64,000 bases of DNA. Source: Bacteroidia bacterium (GTDB taxonomy: Bacteria > Bacteroidota > Bacteroidia > SpSt-205). The stretch lies in assembly GCA_026414975.1 (NCBI GenBank), contig JAOAHZ010000007.1, positions 70,727-134,726 on the forward strand, read 5' to 3'. Position 1 is the first letter of the stretch, and every line of letters starts with the position of its first letter. Shown here piece after piece: positions 19,313-29,430 of the stretch. The notes beneath the pieces were generated by a model, which was given only the letters and a program-made list of their open reading frames with translations, was not told the origin of the DNA and did not search any database. The translations under genes were made by a program, and so were the position numbers.

Positions 19313-22152
19313 CTGGAAAAGCGGTATTTGGTCAGTCCGCTCCGAAGCTGCCTCCATTTCTCAGAGCGGACAACCGCTGGGTAGAGGAACGGCTATCCCA
19401 GATGAGCTTAGAGGAAAAAGTGGGGCAGCTGCTGATGGTACCAGCCTACAGCGATCCGAAGCGGTCTAATCGTCGCGACATTGAACGCTGGATAGCGCAG
19501 TATCATATTGGAGGCCTTATTTTCATGCAAGGCAGTCCTACCCTTCAGGTCCAGCTCACCAATGCTTTTCAACGACAAAGCACTCTCCCGCTCCTCATCT
19601 CCATGGATGCTGAGTGGGGACCGGCTATGCGATTAGATAGCCTTCCCCGTTTCCCGAATGCCCTGACGCTGGCAGCGGTACCCGATGATTCCTTGGTGTA
19701 CCATGTAGCTCGGGCTATAGCTCAGCAGTGCCGCCGTCTCGGTGTCCACATCAACTTCGCTCCCGTGGCCGACATCAACAGTAATCCCCAAAACCCCGTT
19801 ATCGGCTTTCGGGCTTTTGGAGCTGATCGCCACCGAGTCGCCCAGCTCAGTCTTCTTTTCATGCATGGTCTTCAGGATGAAGGTATCTTAGCAGTGGCGA
19901 AACACTTCCCAGGACACGGCGATACCTATGTGGATTCTCACTTTGATTTGCCCGCTATACCTCATGACAGTAGCCGGTTAGATAGTGTAGAGCTATATCC
20001 TTTCCGTCATCTCATCCGAGAGGGAATTGGAGGGGTCATGGTAGGACACCTTTTAGTTCCAGCCCTGGATACCTTCACGGCGACAGTATCTCGGCGGGTT
20101 ATTCACCAGCTTCTACGGGAAAAATTGGAGTTCAAAGGCATCATTTTCTCGGACGCTCTGAATATGAAAGCTGTCTCTCTATACTTTCCGCCAGGGGAGT
20201 TGGAGGTTCGAGCTTTGGAAGCAGGGGCTGATATTCTCCTTTACGTAGAAAATGTTCCCATAGCTGCTCGCGCTATCCATGAAGCTGTGCTTAAGGGTCG
20301 CCTTACTGAGGAAGAAATAGATGAAAAAGTCCGTCGTATTCTGTGCCTGAAAGCCTTCTTCGGCCTCCACCGAGCTACGCCTTATATACCGACCGAATCT
20401 CTTCTTTATGACCTATGGTCAGAGAGCGTACTGCGTCCGCTCCGGGAGGCTTACATACGCTCGGTTACGCTACTTCAAAATCGCTTGCAGCTTCTGCCTC
20501 TGGGACATGCTTTGAATCGCCACCTATTGTATGTCCAGATAGGATACGACAAGCCCGCTCCTTTCTATCGGTATTTGTCTCAGTATTGTGCTATGGATGC
20601 TGTCGTGCTCCCCTCTTTAGACAAAGTCCCACCTGACTCTACGGTTCAAGCTCTGAGCGACTACAAGACGATTATTATCGGGCTTTTTGGGCTCTCTAAT
20701 AACCCTCGTAGGGGCTTTGGGGTGCGCCCTAAAGTATTAGACTTCTTATGTGAGCTGGGGAGCGCCCAGCGGGAGGTGGTATTGTGCGTGTTTGGAAATC
20801 CTTATGCTCTGTCATTTTTTGGAGAAGAAGATGCGACGGTCTTGGCCTACCAAGAAGACACCCTAAGTCAGTGGCAAGCGGCAAATGTGATATTCGGCGC
20901 AGCTCCTCCTACAGGCCGCCTACCTATCCCTATTCCCATGAAATACCCGCCGACGGTGAGCTACGACTTGGCGCCCTATCGCCCGCTTTATCCCTATCAA
21001 AGTCCCTATCCCTTTAGCGTAACCGACTCAGTTCTGCGAGAAGCCATCCGACAAAAAATAACCCCGGGTTTTGCTATTACGGTGATTTACCGAGATACGG
21101 TCGTATTCAATCGCGGCGCTGGCAGCCTCGGCTATACCGACAAACGCGTGCCCTCCCCTACGCATCACCTCTACGATGTGGCATCCCTAACGAAAGTCTT
21201 TACGACTACCCTCATGGCAATGGACTTGTACGAGAGAGGGATGCTCAAGCTGACAGCCCCTTTATCTCAAGGAGTACCGAAATGGGCAGCGTATCCTATC
21301 GGCAAGCTCACCCCCTATCAACTTCTAACTCATACCGCTGGATTTCCCCCTACCCTGCCGCTTGTTCAAGAACTTCTTAGGGAGGACGGATACCTTTCCG
21401 ATACGCTAAGCGCCACCCATACCCTACCTCTGAGCCGCTATCGGTTTCTCCGCAACGACTACCCTCAGAAAGTGTGGAATAAGATTCGGGGTTATCCTGT
21501 TCAACCAACCAAGCGCCCGGTTTATACAGACTTAGGCTTCATTGTCCTCCAGCGCTACATGGAACATATAGCAGGTGAGCCTATGGAATCCTATGTGCAG
21601 CGGCGTTTTTATCAGCCGATGGGACTTTACCGGCTCCTGTTTCGTCCGGCGCTTGCCTGTAAAGACTCTCTCTGCGCTCCCACGGAAATAGATACTCTTT
21701 GGCGTAGGGACACCTTATGCGGATATGTCCATGACCCTACTGCAGCGCTATTGGGTGGAAGTGCAGGAAATGCAGGCCTTTTCGCCAGTAGCAACGATTT
21801 AGCGAAGCTGCTCTGGATGCTCCTCAAAGGGGGAGAATACGCTGGCTTTTGCTATCTATCCGCCTCTACCATAACAACTTTTTCCCAAGAAGGGGCCGAC
21901 ATGGGACGAGCCTTGGGATGGGATAAACCCTCCCGAGAGAAAAATACAGGGGTCTCTTCTACTTTTTCGTCTCGCAGTTTTGGCCATCTGGGCTTCACTG
22001 GGACAGCCGCCTGGTGCGATCCGCAACGCGATTTAGTGATCGTCATCCTATCTAATCGCGTGCATCCGACCAGCACAGACCCTCGATACAATCAGCAAGC
22101 GATTCGTCGTCAAATCATAGAAGCTATAGAACGAGATTTAGGGCTACGATAA
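19204..22152 (+). CDS. Bifunctional GH3 beta-N-acetylhexosaminidase (NagZ-like) fused to a serine beta-lactamase/esterase-like domain. The true start is probably downstream of 19204, because the ORF overlaps htpG by 109 nt.
   Basis: GH3 motifs are present (KHFPGHGDTYVDSHFD, MDAEWGP). The C-terminal half has a SxxK nucleophile (ASLTK) and an HLGFTGT motif of the penicillin-binding fold. Confidence 0.8.
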   Translation: MVRTRTRLGSATQWRLRGNRPSGFSLARLVSFIGLLAGKAVFGQSAPKLPPFLRADNRWVEERLSQMSLEEKVGQLLMVPAYSDPKRSNRRDIERWIAQYHIGGLIFMQGSPTLQVQLTNAFQRQSTLPLLISMDAEWGPAMRLDSLPRFPNALTLAAVPDDSLVYHVARAIAQQCRRLGVHINFAPVADINSNPQNPVIGFRAFGADRHRVAQLSLLFMHGLQDEGILAVAKHFPGHGDTYVDSHFDLPAIPHDSSRLDSVELYPFRHLIREGIGGVMVGHLLVPALDTFTATVSRRVIHQLLREKLEFKGIIFSDALNMKAVSLYFPPGELEVRALEAGADILLYVENVPIAARAIHEAVLKGRLTEEEIDEKVRRILCLKAFFGLHRATPYIPTESLLYDLWSESVLRPLREAYIRSVTLLQNRLQLLPLGHALNRHLLYVQIGYDKPAPFYRYLSQYCAMDAVVLPSLDKVPPDSTVQALSDYKTIIIGLFGLSNNPRRGFGVRPKVLDFLCELGSAQREVVLCVFGNPYALSFFGEEDATVLAYQEDTLSQWQAANVIFGAAPPTGRLPIPIPMKYPPTVSYDLAPYRPLYPYQSPYPFSVTDSVLREAIRQKITPGFAITVIYRDTVVFNRGAGSLGYTDKRVPSPTHHLYDVASLTKVFTTTLMAMDLYERGMLKLTAPLSQGVPKWAAYPIGKLTPYQLLTHTAGFPPTLPLVQELLREDGYLSDTLSATHTLPLSRYRFLRNDYPQKVWNKIRGYPVQPTKRPVYTDLGFIVLQRYMEHIAGEPMESYVQRRFYQPMGLYRLLFRPALACKDSLCAPTEIDTLWRRDTLCGYVHDPTAALLGGSAGNAGLFASSNDLAKLLWMLLKGGEYAGFCYLSASTITTFSQEGADMGRALGWDKPSREKNTGVSSTFSSRSFGHLGFTGTAAWCDPQRDLVIVILSNRVHPTSTDPRYNQQAIRRQIIEAIERDLGLR

Positions 22153-22249
22153 TCAGGCCAGAAATAGAATAGGAAGCTAAGGCCGATGAGGTGAGAGGGC
22201 TTAGCGAGCCTGAGTTTGCCCTCAGAGCATAGAGGGCAACTCTCCATCT

Positions 22250-23821
22250 TTGTGTATGCTCTGGGCTTTAGGGAGCTATTTTGCTCTAAGCCTACTGGTG
22301 GGGTGGCTAGGTCGGCAGCGTGGGCACCGAACAGTGGAGGGCTATTTTGCTGCTGGACGGCAGCTTCCGTGGGGTTTAGCAGCTTTGAGCATGGTAGCAA
22401 CCACTTTTGCTGTAGATACTCCTTTAGCTATCACAGAATACGTCCGCTCTGGCGGGCTGGGGGCTAACTGGCGCTGGTGGAATATGCTCATCGGGGGCAT
22501 GCTCAGTGTAGTGGTTTTTGCTCCTCTTTGGCGGCGCAGCGGCGTCCTAACCGATAGTGAAATCCTCTCCCTTCGCTATGGAGACCGTCCAGCTCACCTC
22601 CTACGAATGATTCGGGCTATCTGGCTGGGAGGGTTCATCAACTTAATCATTCTCGGCTGGGTACAGTCTGCTATGCGAACCGTCTTAGAAGCCTTTGTCG
22701 GATTGTCCCCTTACCAATCTTATCTCATTCTCGCCCTTAGTACGCTTATCACGATGATTTATACGCTCATCGGCGGGCTTTGGAGTGTGGTATGGACCGA
22801 TGCAGTCCAGTTGGCTTTAGCCCTAACGAGCACCACGCTCCTCATGGTACGGGTGATGAGCCAAGTGGATATGTCGGCTGTGCCTACACAAGCATGGCAA
22901 CTCCTGCCAGGAGGGGAATGGTCCTTTGCCATGCTTTTCGCGCTCTTGGGGCTGCAGTGGTGGGCTAGCTGGTACCCGGGAGCGGAGCCGGCTGGCGGAG
23001 GGTATATCCTCCAACGCATGGCCTCCACGCCTTCTCCTAAGGCTGCCCAGCGTGCTTTAGCTCTCTTTCAAATTCTTCATTACGCGGTGCGTCCTGTTAC
23101 TTGGTATGCCGTTGCCTTAGCCTCTCTTGTCATCCTGCCTCAAGCAGACGCAAAATCCGCCTACCTCCTCATGGCCAAGCAGTTTCTCTCACCCACCGAG
23201 CAGCTCTTACTGCTGGTTGGGCTCACTGGCGCCTATATGAGCACGCTCTCCACCCATTTCAACTGGGGAGCCTCCTACATTGCTCGCGACATGGGTATGC
23301 CCGAAGAGAAAGCCCTGAAGGCAGGATTCTGGAGTACCATCGGCTTAGCTGGTCTGAGCTTGGGCATCGTTCCTTTCATGACAAGCGTCGCAGGGGCTTG
23401 GAATTTTCTCTTAGAATCGGGAGCCGGCACAGGGTTTGTTCTGATTCTACGGTGGTTTTGGCGACGGCTCACTATATGGAGTGAAATCACCGCCCTTCTC
23501 GCGCCTATTATTGGCTACAGCATCTTCCACTGGGTATGGCCGTTTCCTCAGAGTTACATCGCCACGGTTACTTTCACGGTGGGGGCAGTGCTGGTTATCA
23601 CCCTACTCGGCCAAGGCACGCCCCCCGAGCGGTGGGAAGCCTTTCGGAACCAGGTCCAACCCAACCTATCCCTCCATCAGTTAGGGCTATGGACAATCGG
23701 TGTTTTAGCTGGATACGCCATTACCTTCGGCCTGATAGAATGGGTACGAACGGGAACTTTTCCTGTATTGCTGCTTGCAGGTACAGGTGGAATGATGGTA
23801 TTTTTCTGGCTTCTCCGATGA
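22250..23821 (+). CDS. Sodium:solute symporter (SSS) family transporter
   Basis: It has about 13 predicted transmembrane segments and an SSS-like N-terminal region (GYFAAGRQLPWGLAALSMVATTFAVDTPLAI). Confidence 0.7.
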   Translation: MCMLWALGSYFALSLLVGWLGRQRGHRTVEGYFAAGRQLPWGLAALSMVATTFAVDTPLAITEYVRSGGLGANWRWWNMLIGGMLSVVVFAPLWRRSGVLTDSEILSLRYGDRPAHLLRMIRAIWLGGFINLIILGWVQSAMRTVLEAFVGLSPYQSYLILALSTLITMIYTLIGGLWSVVWTDAVQLALALTSTTLLMVRVMSQVDMSAVPTQAWQLLPGGEWSFAMLFALLGLQWWASWYPGAEPAGGGYILQRMASTPSPKAAQRALALFQILHYAVRPVTWYAVALASLVILPQADAKSAYLLMAKQFLSPTEQLLLLVGLTGAYMSTLSTHFNWGASYIARDMGMPEEKALKAGFWSTIGLAGLSLGIVPFMTSVAGAWNFLLESGAGTGFVLILRWFWRRLTIWSEITALLAPIIGYSIFHWVWPFPQSYIATVTFTVGAVLVITLLGQGTPPERWEAFRNQVQPNLSLHQLGLWTIGVLAGYAITFGLIEWVRTGTFPVLLLAGTGGMMVFFWLLR

Positions 23822-23830
23822 AAGGGTGTT

Positions 23831-24307
23831 TTGTGTTATATTTCCGAGGTGAAAGACGGAAAAGGCGAAGTCATCTTGTGGAGCTTAGAGGATGCGCTAC
23901 GCTGGGCTGAAAGCCGCTCCATTTGGCCTCTGACTTTTGGATTGGCTTGCTGTGCTATTGAGATGATGGGTACCTTCGCAAGTCATTTTGATTTAGAGCG
24001 GTATGGGATATTTCCGAGGGCTACGCCCCGGCAAGCTGATCTCATGATAGTATCGGGTACAGTAACGGCGAAGATGGCTGAGCGCATCCGACGACTGTAT
24101 GACCAAATGCCTGACCCCAAGTATGTCATCTCCATGGGCTCTTGTGCAACGGCTGGGGGCCCCTACTGGCAGCACGGTTATCATGTTGTAAAGGGTGTGG
24201 ACAAAATCATTCCCGTAGATATCTATGTGCCTGGCTGTCCCCCGCGTCCTGAAGCCCTCATAGACGGGATTTTGAAGCTAAGAGACAAAATCCAACGAGG
24301 TGCTTGA
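23831..24307 (+). CDS. nuoB: NADH-quinone oxidoreductase subunit B-like protein (NuoB/Nqo6, the 20 kDa Fe-S subunit)
   Basis: It has the Cys ligand motifs [21 protein letters not shown] and VPGCPPRPE. It is 158 aa. No other nuo genes are adjacent. Confidence 0.85.
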   Translation: MCYISEVKDGKGEVILWSLEDALRWAESRSIWPLTFGLACCAIEMMGTFASHFDLERYGIFPRATPRQADLMIVSGTVTAKMAERIRRLYDQMPDPKYVISMGSCATAGGPYWQHGYHVVKGVDKIIPVDIYVPGCPPRPEALIDGILKLRDKIQRGA

Positions 24308-24962
24308 ACCCCAGCTTATAGCTGAGACAGCCGAGGAACTTATTCTTCTCAAGCCGCCGGGCATGCCTACGCAAGCTGACCCCACGGGCGATCTTGATCT
24401 TCTAACTTGGGCTGAAGGCCATTGGGGCATGTCGCTGTACCTGGTGCATCGGATAGATCGGCCTGTTGGGGGAGTCGTCCTTTTCGCCAAAAGCAAGAGA
24501 AGCGCCGCCCGCTGGAGTGAGCGTTTCCGAAAGGGACAGGTCCAAAAAGCCTATTTAGCTATTACCAGCCCGCCGGTATATCCCCCTTTCGGCGAGCTGC
24601 GGCATTATCTCAAGAAGGACGTCCGTCGCCACCGAGCCCAGGTTTTCTATCGTCCGCAACCTCAGGCTCAGTTAGCAGTACTAAAATATCAAATATTAGC
24701 TGCTCAGGGAGACAAGGGACTGATCCTCGTGGAACCTCAAACGGGGCGGTTCCACCAAATTAGAGCTCAACTCGCTGAGGTTCGCAGTCCTATTGTCGGG
24801 GACGTAAAATACGGTTATCCTGCCCCGGCTCCAGACCCTCGCCGCATCGCTTTATGGGCCTGGAGATTGGAGCGATGGCTCGCCTCACCTCCCCTCTCAG
24901 TAGAACCTTGGCGAGCCTTTAAGAGCGAGATAGAAAATCTCGTCAGCGCCAGTAGTAAATAA
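24300..24962 (+). CDS. RluA-family pseudouridine synthase
   Basis: It has the catalytic motif [15 protein letters not shown] (Asp), plus GRFHQIRAQ and GDVKYG. It overlaps the nuoB stop by 8 nt. Confidence 0.75.
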   Translation: MLEPQLIAETAEELILLKPPGMPTQADPTGDLDLLTWAEGHWGMSLYLVHRIDRPVGGVVLFAKSKRSAARWSERFRKGQVQKAYLAITSPPVYPPFGELRHYLKKDVRRHRAQVFYRPQPQAQLAVLKYQILAAQGDKGLILVEPQTGRFHQIRAQLAEVRSPIVGDVKYGYPAPAPDPRRIALWAWRLERWLASPPLSVEPWRAFKSEIENLVSASSK

Positions 24963-26250
24963 TCGGCTTCTCATCGTAGGCGCGCTCCTCTTTCAAAAGC
25001 ACACGCAGACCCTTCGGTAGAATGGAATCGGGATCAAATAGACGATTGTAAGCCATAAGCTTTTCTAAGGAGCGGCGATAATGACGAGCGACAGCACGCA
25101 GAGATTCGGTACCTTGGGCTATATGAATGTGGGCTCGACGCGGAGGCACGATTAAGACAGGGGCTCCCGCTGTATAAAAGGGATTCCAACGCTGGAGGCG
25201 TCGGTCCATAGCAGGGGGAGGATAAGTCCATTCTTGATGGAGATAAGGCTCCTTTTGGAGAGGAAGGTGCGCCACCTGAGAGAGCGGGGCCGAAGCTTTG
25301 AAAAAGGAAGCCTTAGATGGAGAAGGTGGTTTCTCCTCGGAAGGAGGGAGAGGGGGAGGTGTAGGCTCAACGGGAGGAGCAGCAGAGTAGGTATATGGCA
25401 CTGGCACCGAAGCATAAGCGGCTGGGTGAGCGGCCGGTACAAATAACTGCTTGAGAGGTTCGGAAGGGCGCTCAGTCAAAGGGGCCTTCTCTAAGATGTA
25501 GTAAGTAGAAGGACGACCAGCCGGCATAGCCGGACGACACAGCCAAGGGTTGAGCAGGAGAAACTCATCGGGAGACAGACCGTGTTCTTGAGCCACCTTC
25601 CACACAGGTATAGTCGGGCCTTGATAGGCTAAGGGACGCAGGGCGTAGATACGCCTCCGAATAAGCGGTTCAAATACCAACTTATGAGCAACTGCCCGCA
25701 TGGCATACCAGTGGGTACGCTCGTGGAGACAGACTTCGTTTTTTCCTACATAGGCCGTGTCTATGTAAGGTATCGCTCCAGTGCCCCCTTCATAATAGGC
25801 GATAATAGCAAACAGCCAGTTACGATGTCTTTGATATTGCTTGAAGAAGTATAAAGCCGCTCCAGCGCTGGAACGGAACAGATGCTTCCGTTCATCTATG
25901 GTATCGCTGATAACGAGTCCCACCTCGCGAGCGGTGAAGTCTTTGAGCTGCCAAAACCCCACCGCCTGGGAACGAGAAACGGCATGGGGATTGAGCCGAC
26001 TCTCTTGAATGGCGATGTACTTAAGGTCCTCGGGAACGCCGATATAAGTCAGGGCTTCTTCTATGTAGGGCAGAAGGGTCTCAGCTCGTGCGACCAGAGC
26101 CTCTAAGGTAGGGGGATGTTCATGAAGCTTGATAATGTACTGCTGGATAGCATGACGAGCTTCGGGGAGGAGACGAGTCTGCATTCCACAAAAGACCATG
26201 CTCTCGGGCACAGGAGGCAGACCCGTTAACCAAAAGAGAAGGGCAATCAT
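24943..26250 (-). CDS. Membrane-bound lytic murein transglycosylase (MltD-like): an SLT domain plus C-terminal LysM
   Basis: The SLT catalytic region reads IAIQESRLNPHAVSRSQAVGFWQL. The C-terminus has a LysM-like segment (HIAQGTESLRAVARHYRRSLEKLMAYNRL) and a Pro-rich linker. Confidence 0.75.
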   Translation of the reverse strand: MIALLFWLTGLPPVPESMVFCGMQTRLLPEARHAIQQYIIKLHEHPPTLEALVARAETLLPYIEEALTYIGVPEDLKYIAIQESRLNPHAVSRSQAVGFWQLKDFTAREVGLVISDTIDERKHLFRSSAGAALYFFKQYQRHRNWLFAIIAYYEGGTGAIPYIDTAYVGKNEVCLHERTHWYAMRAVAHKLVFEPLIRRRIYALRPLAYQGPTIPVWKVAQEHGLSPDEFLLLNPWLCRPAMPAGRPSTYYILEKAPLTERPSEPLKQLFVPAAHPAAYASVPVPYTYSAAPPVEPTPPPLPPSEEKPPSPSKASFFKASAPLSQVAHLPLQKEPYLHQEWTYPPPAMDRRLQRWNPFYTAGAPVLIVPPRRAHIHIAQGTESLRAVARHYRRSLEKLMAYNRLFDPDSILPKGLRVLLKEERAYDEKPIIYYWR

Positions 26251-28421
26251 TATCCCATCACCGATAGATGGAAGTGTAGTCTCAGAAGGCGTAGTTCCTC
26301 GTATGTGTATTCACCTCGCAGGGCGCGCATGGCCTTCTCTATGTCATCATCTTCCGCCTCGTAGAAGTAGTCAAGAGCCTCTTCTATACGGTCGGGGTCT
26401 ATCATGGCCTCTACAGCATAACCGAGACGAAGCTTCACGCCCGCCACAAAGACGATCTGCTCCAGCTTTTCTATCAGCTCTTCCAAAGTGAGATTTAAGC
26501 GACGCGCAATCGTCGGCAGGGGCATCCGCATATCAGTAGACTGAATAATTTCAGCCCAGTCGACCTGACGCTTCTGCTGGGTCGGCATGATAAGCTCCAC
26601 GGGACGCTCAATGTTATGCTCCTCCACGTATTGGGCGATAAGCTCTACGAACGGCTTGCCAAACTTCTGAGCTTTGACAGGCCCGACTCCCGGCAGACGC
26701 TCTAGCTCTTCCAAACGGATCGGATACTGGGTGGCCATTTCGATAAGGGTAGGTTCTTGAAATATCACATAAGGGGGAACACCATGGCTTTGAGCTATCT
26801 TCTTGCGCAGTTCTTTGAGCTTTTCAAGAAGCAGCTCGTCGTGGAGGACAAGCTCCTCTATCATGCCTTCGTCGTCGGTGGCAGGTACACGGTCATAAGG
26901 CGGATAAAGAGCTATAGGATGAGGCACTTTTAGGAAGGCCTCCCCTTTTTCAGTCAAGCGAATAATGGAATAATCATTCGGCTCACGCTCAATGTACCCC
27001 TCTACCATGAGCTGGGTCAGATAGGACTTGAGCTCTTCCATCTTATGCCCCTTGAGCGCACCGAACGTAGGGAGAGCCTTGCTCCCTATTTCTGGGGAAA
27101 GTCCTATTACATGATCCAAAATAGGCGTGATGGGAAAACGCCCCACCTCCTTGAGAACCTGAAGAATAGGGCGTGCGATAAACTGCCCGTCGAAGCTCTT
27201 TTTGGGGTAGCGGCAATTGTCGCACATGCCGCCGCATTTATCGGTTTCATACTCTTCGCCGAAGTACTGCAAGAGAAATTTCCGCCGACACTGCCCACTC
27301 TCACAAAAATGAGCAATCTCTTGTAGGAGAAAAACGATGGCTTCGCGTTCGCTGGCGGGTTTGTCCTTGAGAAAGCGATCCAGCTTGATAATATCGTTGT
27401 AGTCGTAGTACAGGATGCAGTCGGAGGGCAGCCCATCCCGTCCAGCTCGTCCCGTCTCTTGATAGTAGTTTTCTATGCTTTTGGGCACATCGTAATGAAT
27501 CACGAATCGCACATCGGGCTTATCTATGCCCATACCAAAGGCGATCGTAGCCACGATTACCTGAATATCCTCATTGAGGAAAGCATCCTGATTGCGATTG
27601 CGGGTCGCACTATCCATACCCGCGTGGTAGGGCAGAGCTTTGATGCCATTAGCTTGAAGGGTATTTGCCACTTCCTCCACTCGCCGGCGAGAATGACAAT
27701 AGACAATCCCCGACTGCCCCGGTCTGGACCGAATATACTGAACGATTTCTTTGAGGGTCGCCTGCTGAGAGCGTTTAGGTGTGATTTGATAATATAGGTT
27801 GGGACGATTGAAGCTGGTGCGGAAAATAACAGCATCCAGAATTTCCAGATTTTCTAAGATATCCCGCTGTACCCTTGGGGTAGCTGTTGCCGTAAGGGCT
27901 ATGATAGGCATAGGGGGTAGGTCTTTCAGGGCATGCCGAATGCGTCTATATTCAGGACGAAAGTCATGCCCCCATTCCGAGATACAGTGCGCTTCATCCA
28001 CCGCTACGAAACTGACTTTGAGCTGCTGGAGAAACTCTTGGAAGTGCTCTGTCAAGAGGGTCTCAGGCGCTACATACAAGAGCTTGGCTTGGCTGCGCAG
28101 ACAAGCGCGTTTGACCTCTTCATACTCCTTCTTAGAGAGGCTGCTATTGAGAAACATGGCAGGGATGTCATAAGCCTGCATCTGATCAACCTGATTCTTC
28201 ATAAGAGCAATCAGAGGCGAGATAACTAAGGCTGTACCTGGCATGAGAAGAGCGGGGAGTTGATAGCAAAGGGACTTGCCTGCCCCCGTAGGCATGATGA
28301 CCATGGTATTTTTCCCAGAAAGAAGGGTTCGGATGATGTCCTCCTGCGGACCTCGGAAAGAGTTGTATCCGAAGTACTGCTGGAGAGCCGCCCGTAAATC
28401 CAAGGCTGCAGCCGACGACAT
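26250..28421 (-). CDS. recQ: ATP-dependent DNA helicase RecQ
   Basis: It has the DEAH helicase core (MPTGAGKSLCYQLPAL, DEAHCISEWGHDFRP), a Zn-binding/RQC region and a C-terminal HRDC domain. The length is 723 aa. Confidence 0.9.
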   Translation of the reverse strand: MSSAAALDLRAALQQYFGYNSFRGPQEDIIRTLLSGKNTMVIMPTGAGKSLCYQLPALLMPGTALVISPLIALMKNQVDQMQAYDIPAMFLNSSLSKKEYEEVKRACLRSQAKLLYVAPETLLTEHFQEFLQQLKVSFVAVDEAHCISEWGHDFRPEYRRIRHALKDLPPMPIIALTATATPRVQRDILENLEILDAVIFRTSFNRPNLYYQITPKRSQQATLKEIVQYIRSRPGQSGIVYCHSRRRVEEVANTLQANGIKALPYHAGMDSATRNRNQDAFLNEDIQVIVATIAFGMGIDKPDVRFVIHYDVPKSIENYYQETGRAGRDGLPSDCILYYDYNDIIKLDRFLKDKPASEREAIVFLLQEIAHFCESGQCRRKFLLQYFGEEYETDKCGGMCDNCRYPKKSFDGQFIARPILQVLKEVGRFPITPILDHVIGLSPEIGSKALPTFGALKGHKMEELKSYLTQLMVEGYIEREPNDYSIIRLTEKGEAFLKVPHPIALYPPYDRVPATDDEGMIEELVLHDELLLEKLKELRKKIAQSHGVPPYVIFQEPTLIEMATQYPIRLEELERLPGVGPVKAQKFGKPFVELIAQYVEEHNIERPVELIMPTQQKRQVDWAEIIQSTDMRMPLPTIARRLNLTLEELIEKLEQIVFVAGVKLRLGYAVEAMIDPDRIEEALDYFYEAEDDDIEKAMRALRGEYTYEELRLLRLHFHLSVMG

Positions 28422-28470
28422 ATCAGCAAACGGGTTTCGTTACCTTTGTCAAAGATAATAAAAGTCCTAC

Positions 28471-29430
28471 ATGCATACCGAGATAGCTCGCTGGGTCCTA
28501 CAGATAGAAGGAGAGGCTATACAGCGATTAGCTGAACGAATAGATGAGCGTTTTTCCGAAGTAGTAGAGCTTATTCTGCGTGCCCCTGGAAAGGTCATCC
28601 TCAGTGGTGTAGGAAAAAGCGCCCACATAGCAGCAAAGATAACAGCTACTTTGAATTCAGTAGGGACGCCGGCGGTGTGGCTACATGCAACCGAGGCTGT
28701 CCATGGCGACGTAGGAATTGTGCAACAAGGGGATGTGGCTCTGCTTTTCTCTAAAAGTGGTGAAACAGAGGAGATGCGGGTACTGCTGCCTGTACTGCGT
28801 GAGCGAGGGGCTTTTACTATCGCTTGTGTAGGCAATCCAGAAAGCACTTTGGCACGCAGCGCCGACTTGGTGATAGACCTCAGCGTTCCTCGAGAAGCGT
28901 GCCCCCATAATCTAACCCCGACTGCCTCTACGACCGTTGCTTTAGCTTTTGGAGATGCGCTAGCAATAGCTCTGATGCAAGCGCGGCGCTTCGGACCTGA
29001 TGACTTCGCTGCCACCCACCCCGCCGGTAGCTTAGGCAAACGGCTGCTTCTCCGAGTCAAAGACATAGCTGAACCTACTCTCCCTATGGTCTCCGAGCAA
29101 GCCCCCTTTAAGGAAGTCCTTTATGCTATCACCAGTGGCCGAAAGGGAGCGGTTGCCGTCCTCGCACCTGATAGCTCCATTTTGCGCGGGATAATTACTG
29201 ATGGAGATATTCGCCGGGCCGTAGAAAAGTACGAGCCCTCGCTCCTCCTTAGTCTGCGAGCTAGCGACATCGCCACCAAGAACCCCAAAAGCATCGACCT
29301 CCATCAAAAGGCTTATGAAGCGTTGGAGCTCATGCGCACCTACCAAGTCTCTCAACTAATCGTCTTAGAAGGCGGGAGGCCTTGGGGCATGATCCATTTC
29401 CATGACCTAATACGGGAGGGGATTCAATGA
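28471..29430 (+). CDS. kdsD: Arabinose-5-phosphate isomerase (KdsD/KpsF), SIS plus tandem CBS domains
   Basis: It has the SIS motif VILSGVGKSAHIAAKITATL and C-terminal CBS domains. The 319 aa length fits. Confidence 0.85.
   Translation: MHTEIARWVLQIEGEAIQRLAERIDERFSEVVELILRAPGKVILSGVGKSAHIAAKITATLNSVGTPAVWLHATEAVHGDVGIVQQGDVALLFSKSGETEEMRVLLPVLRERGAFTIACVGNPESTLARSADLVIDLSVPREACPHNLTPTASTTVALAFGDALAIALMQARRFGPDDFAATHPAGSLGKRLLLRVKDIAEPTLPMVSEQAPFKEVLYAITSGRKGAVAVLAPDSSILRGIITDGDIRRAVEKYEPSLLLSLRASDIATKNPKSIDLHQKAYEALELMRTYQVSQLIVLEGGRPWGMIHFHDLIREGIQ

Noticed and set aside
28467-29066. Long antisense ORFs nested inside clear genes, for example 28467-29066, 53496-54086, 9659-10054, 3663-3926 and 19633-19866
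   Set aside because: They lie entirely within, and antisense to, well-conserved genes (kdsD, the hlyD-family gene, sufC, gcvP, the GH3 gene). They have Arg/Ser/Pro-rich low-complexity translations typical of spurious frames in GC-rich DNA.
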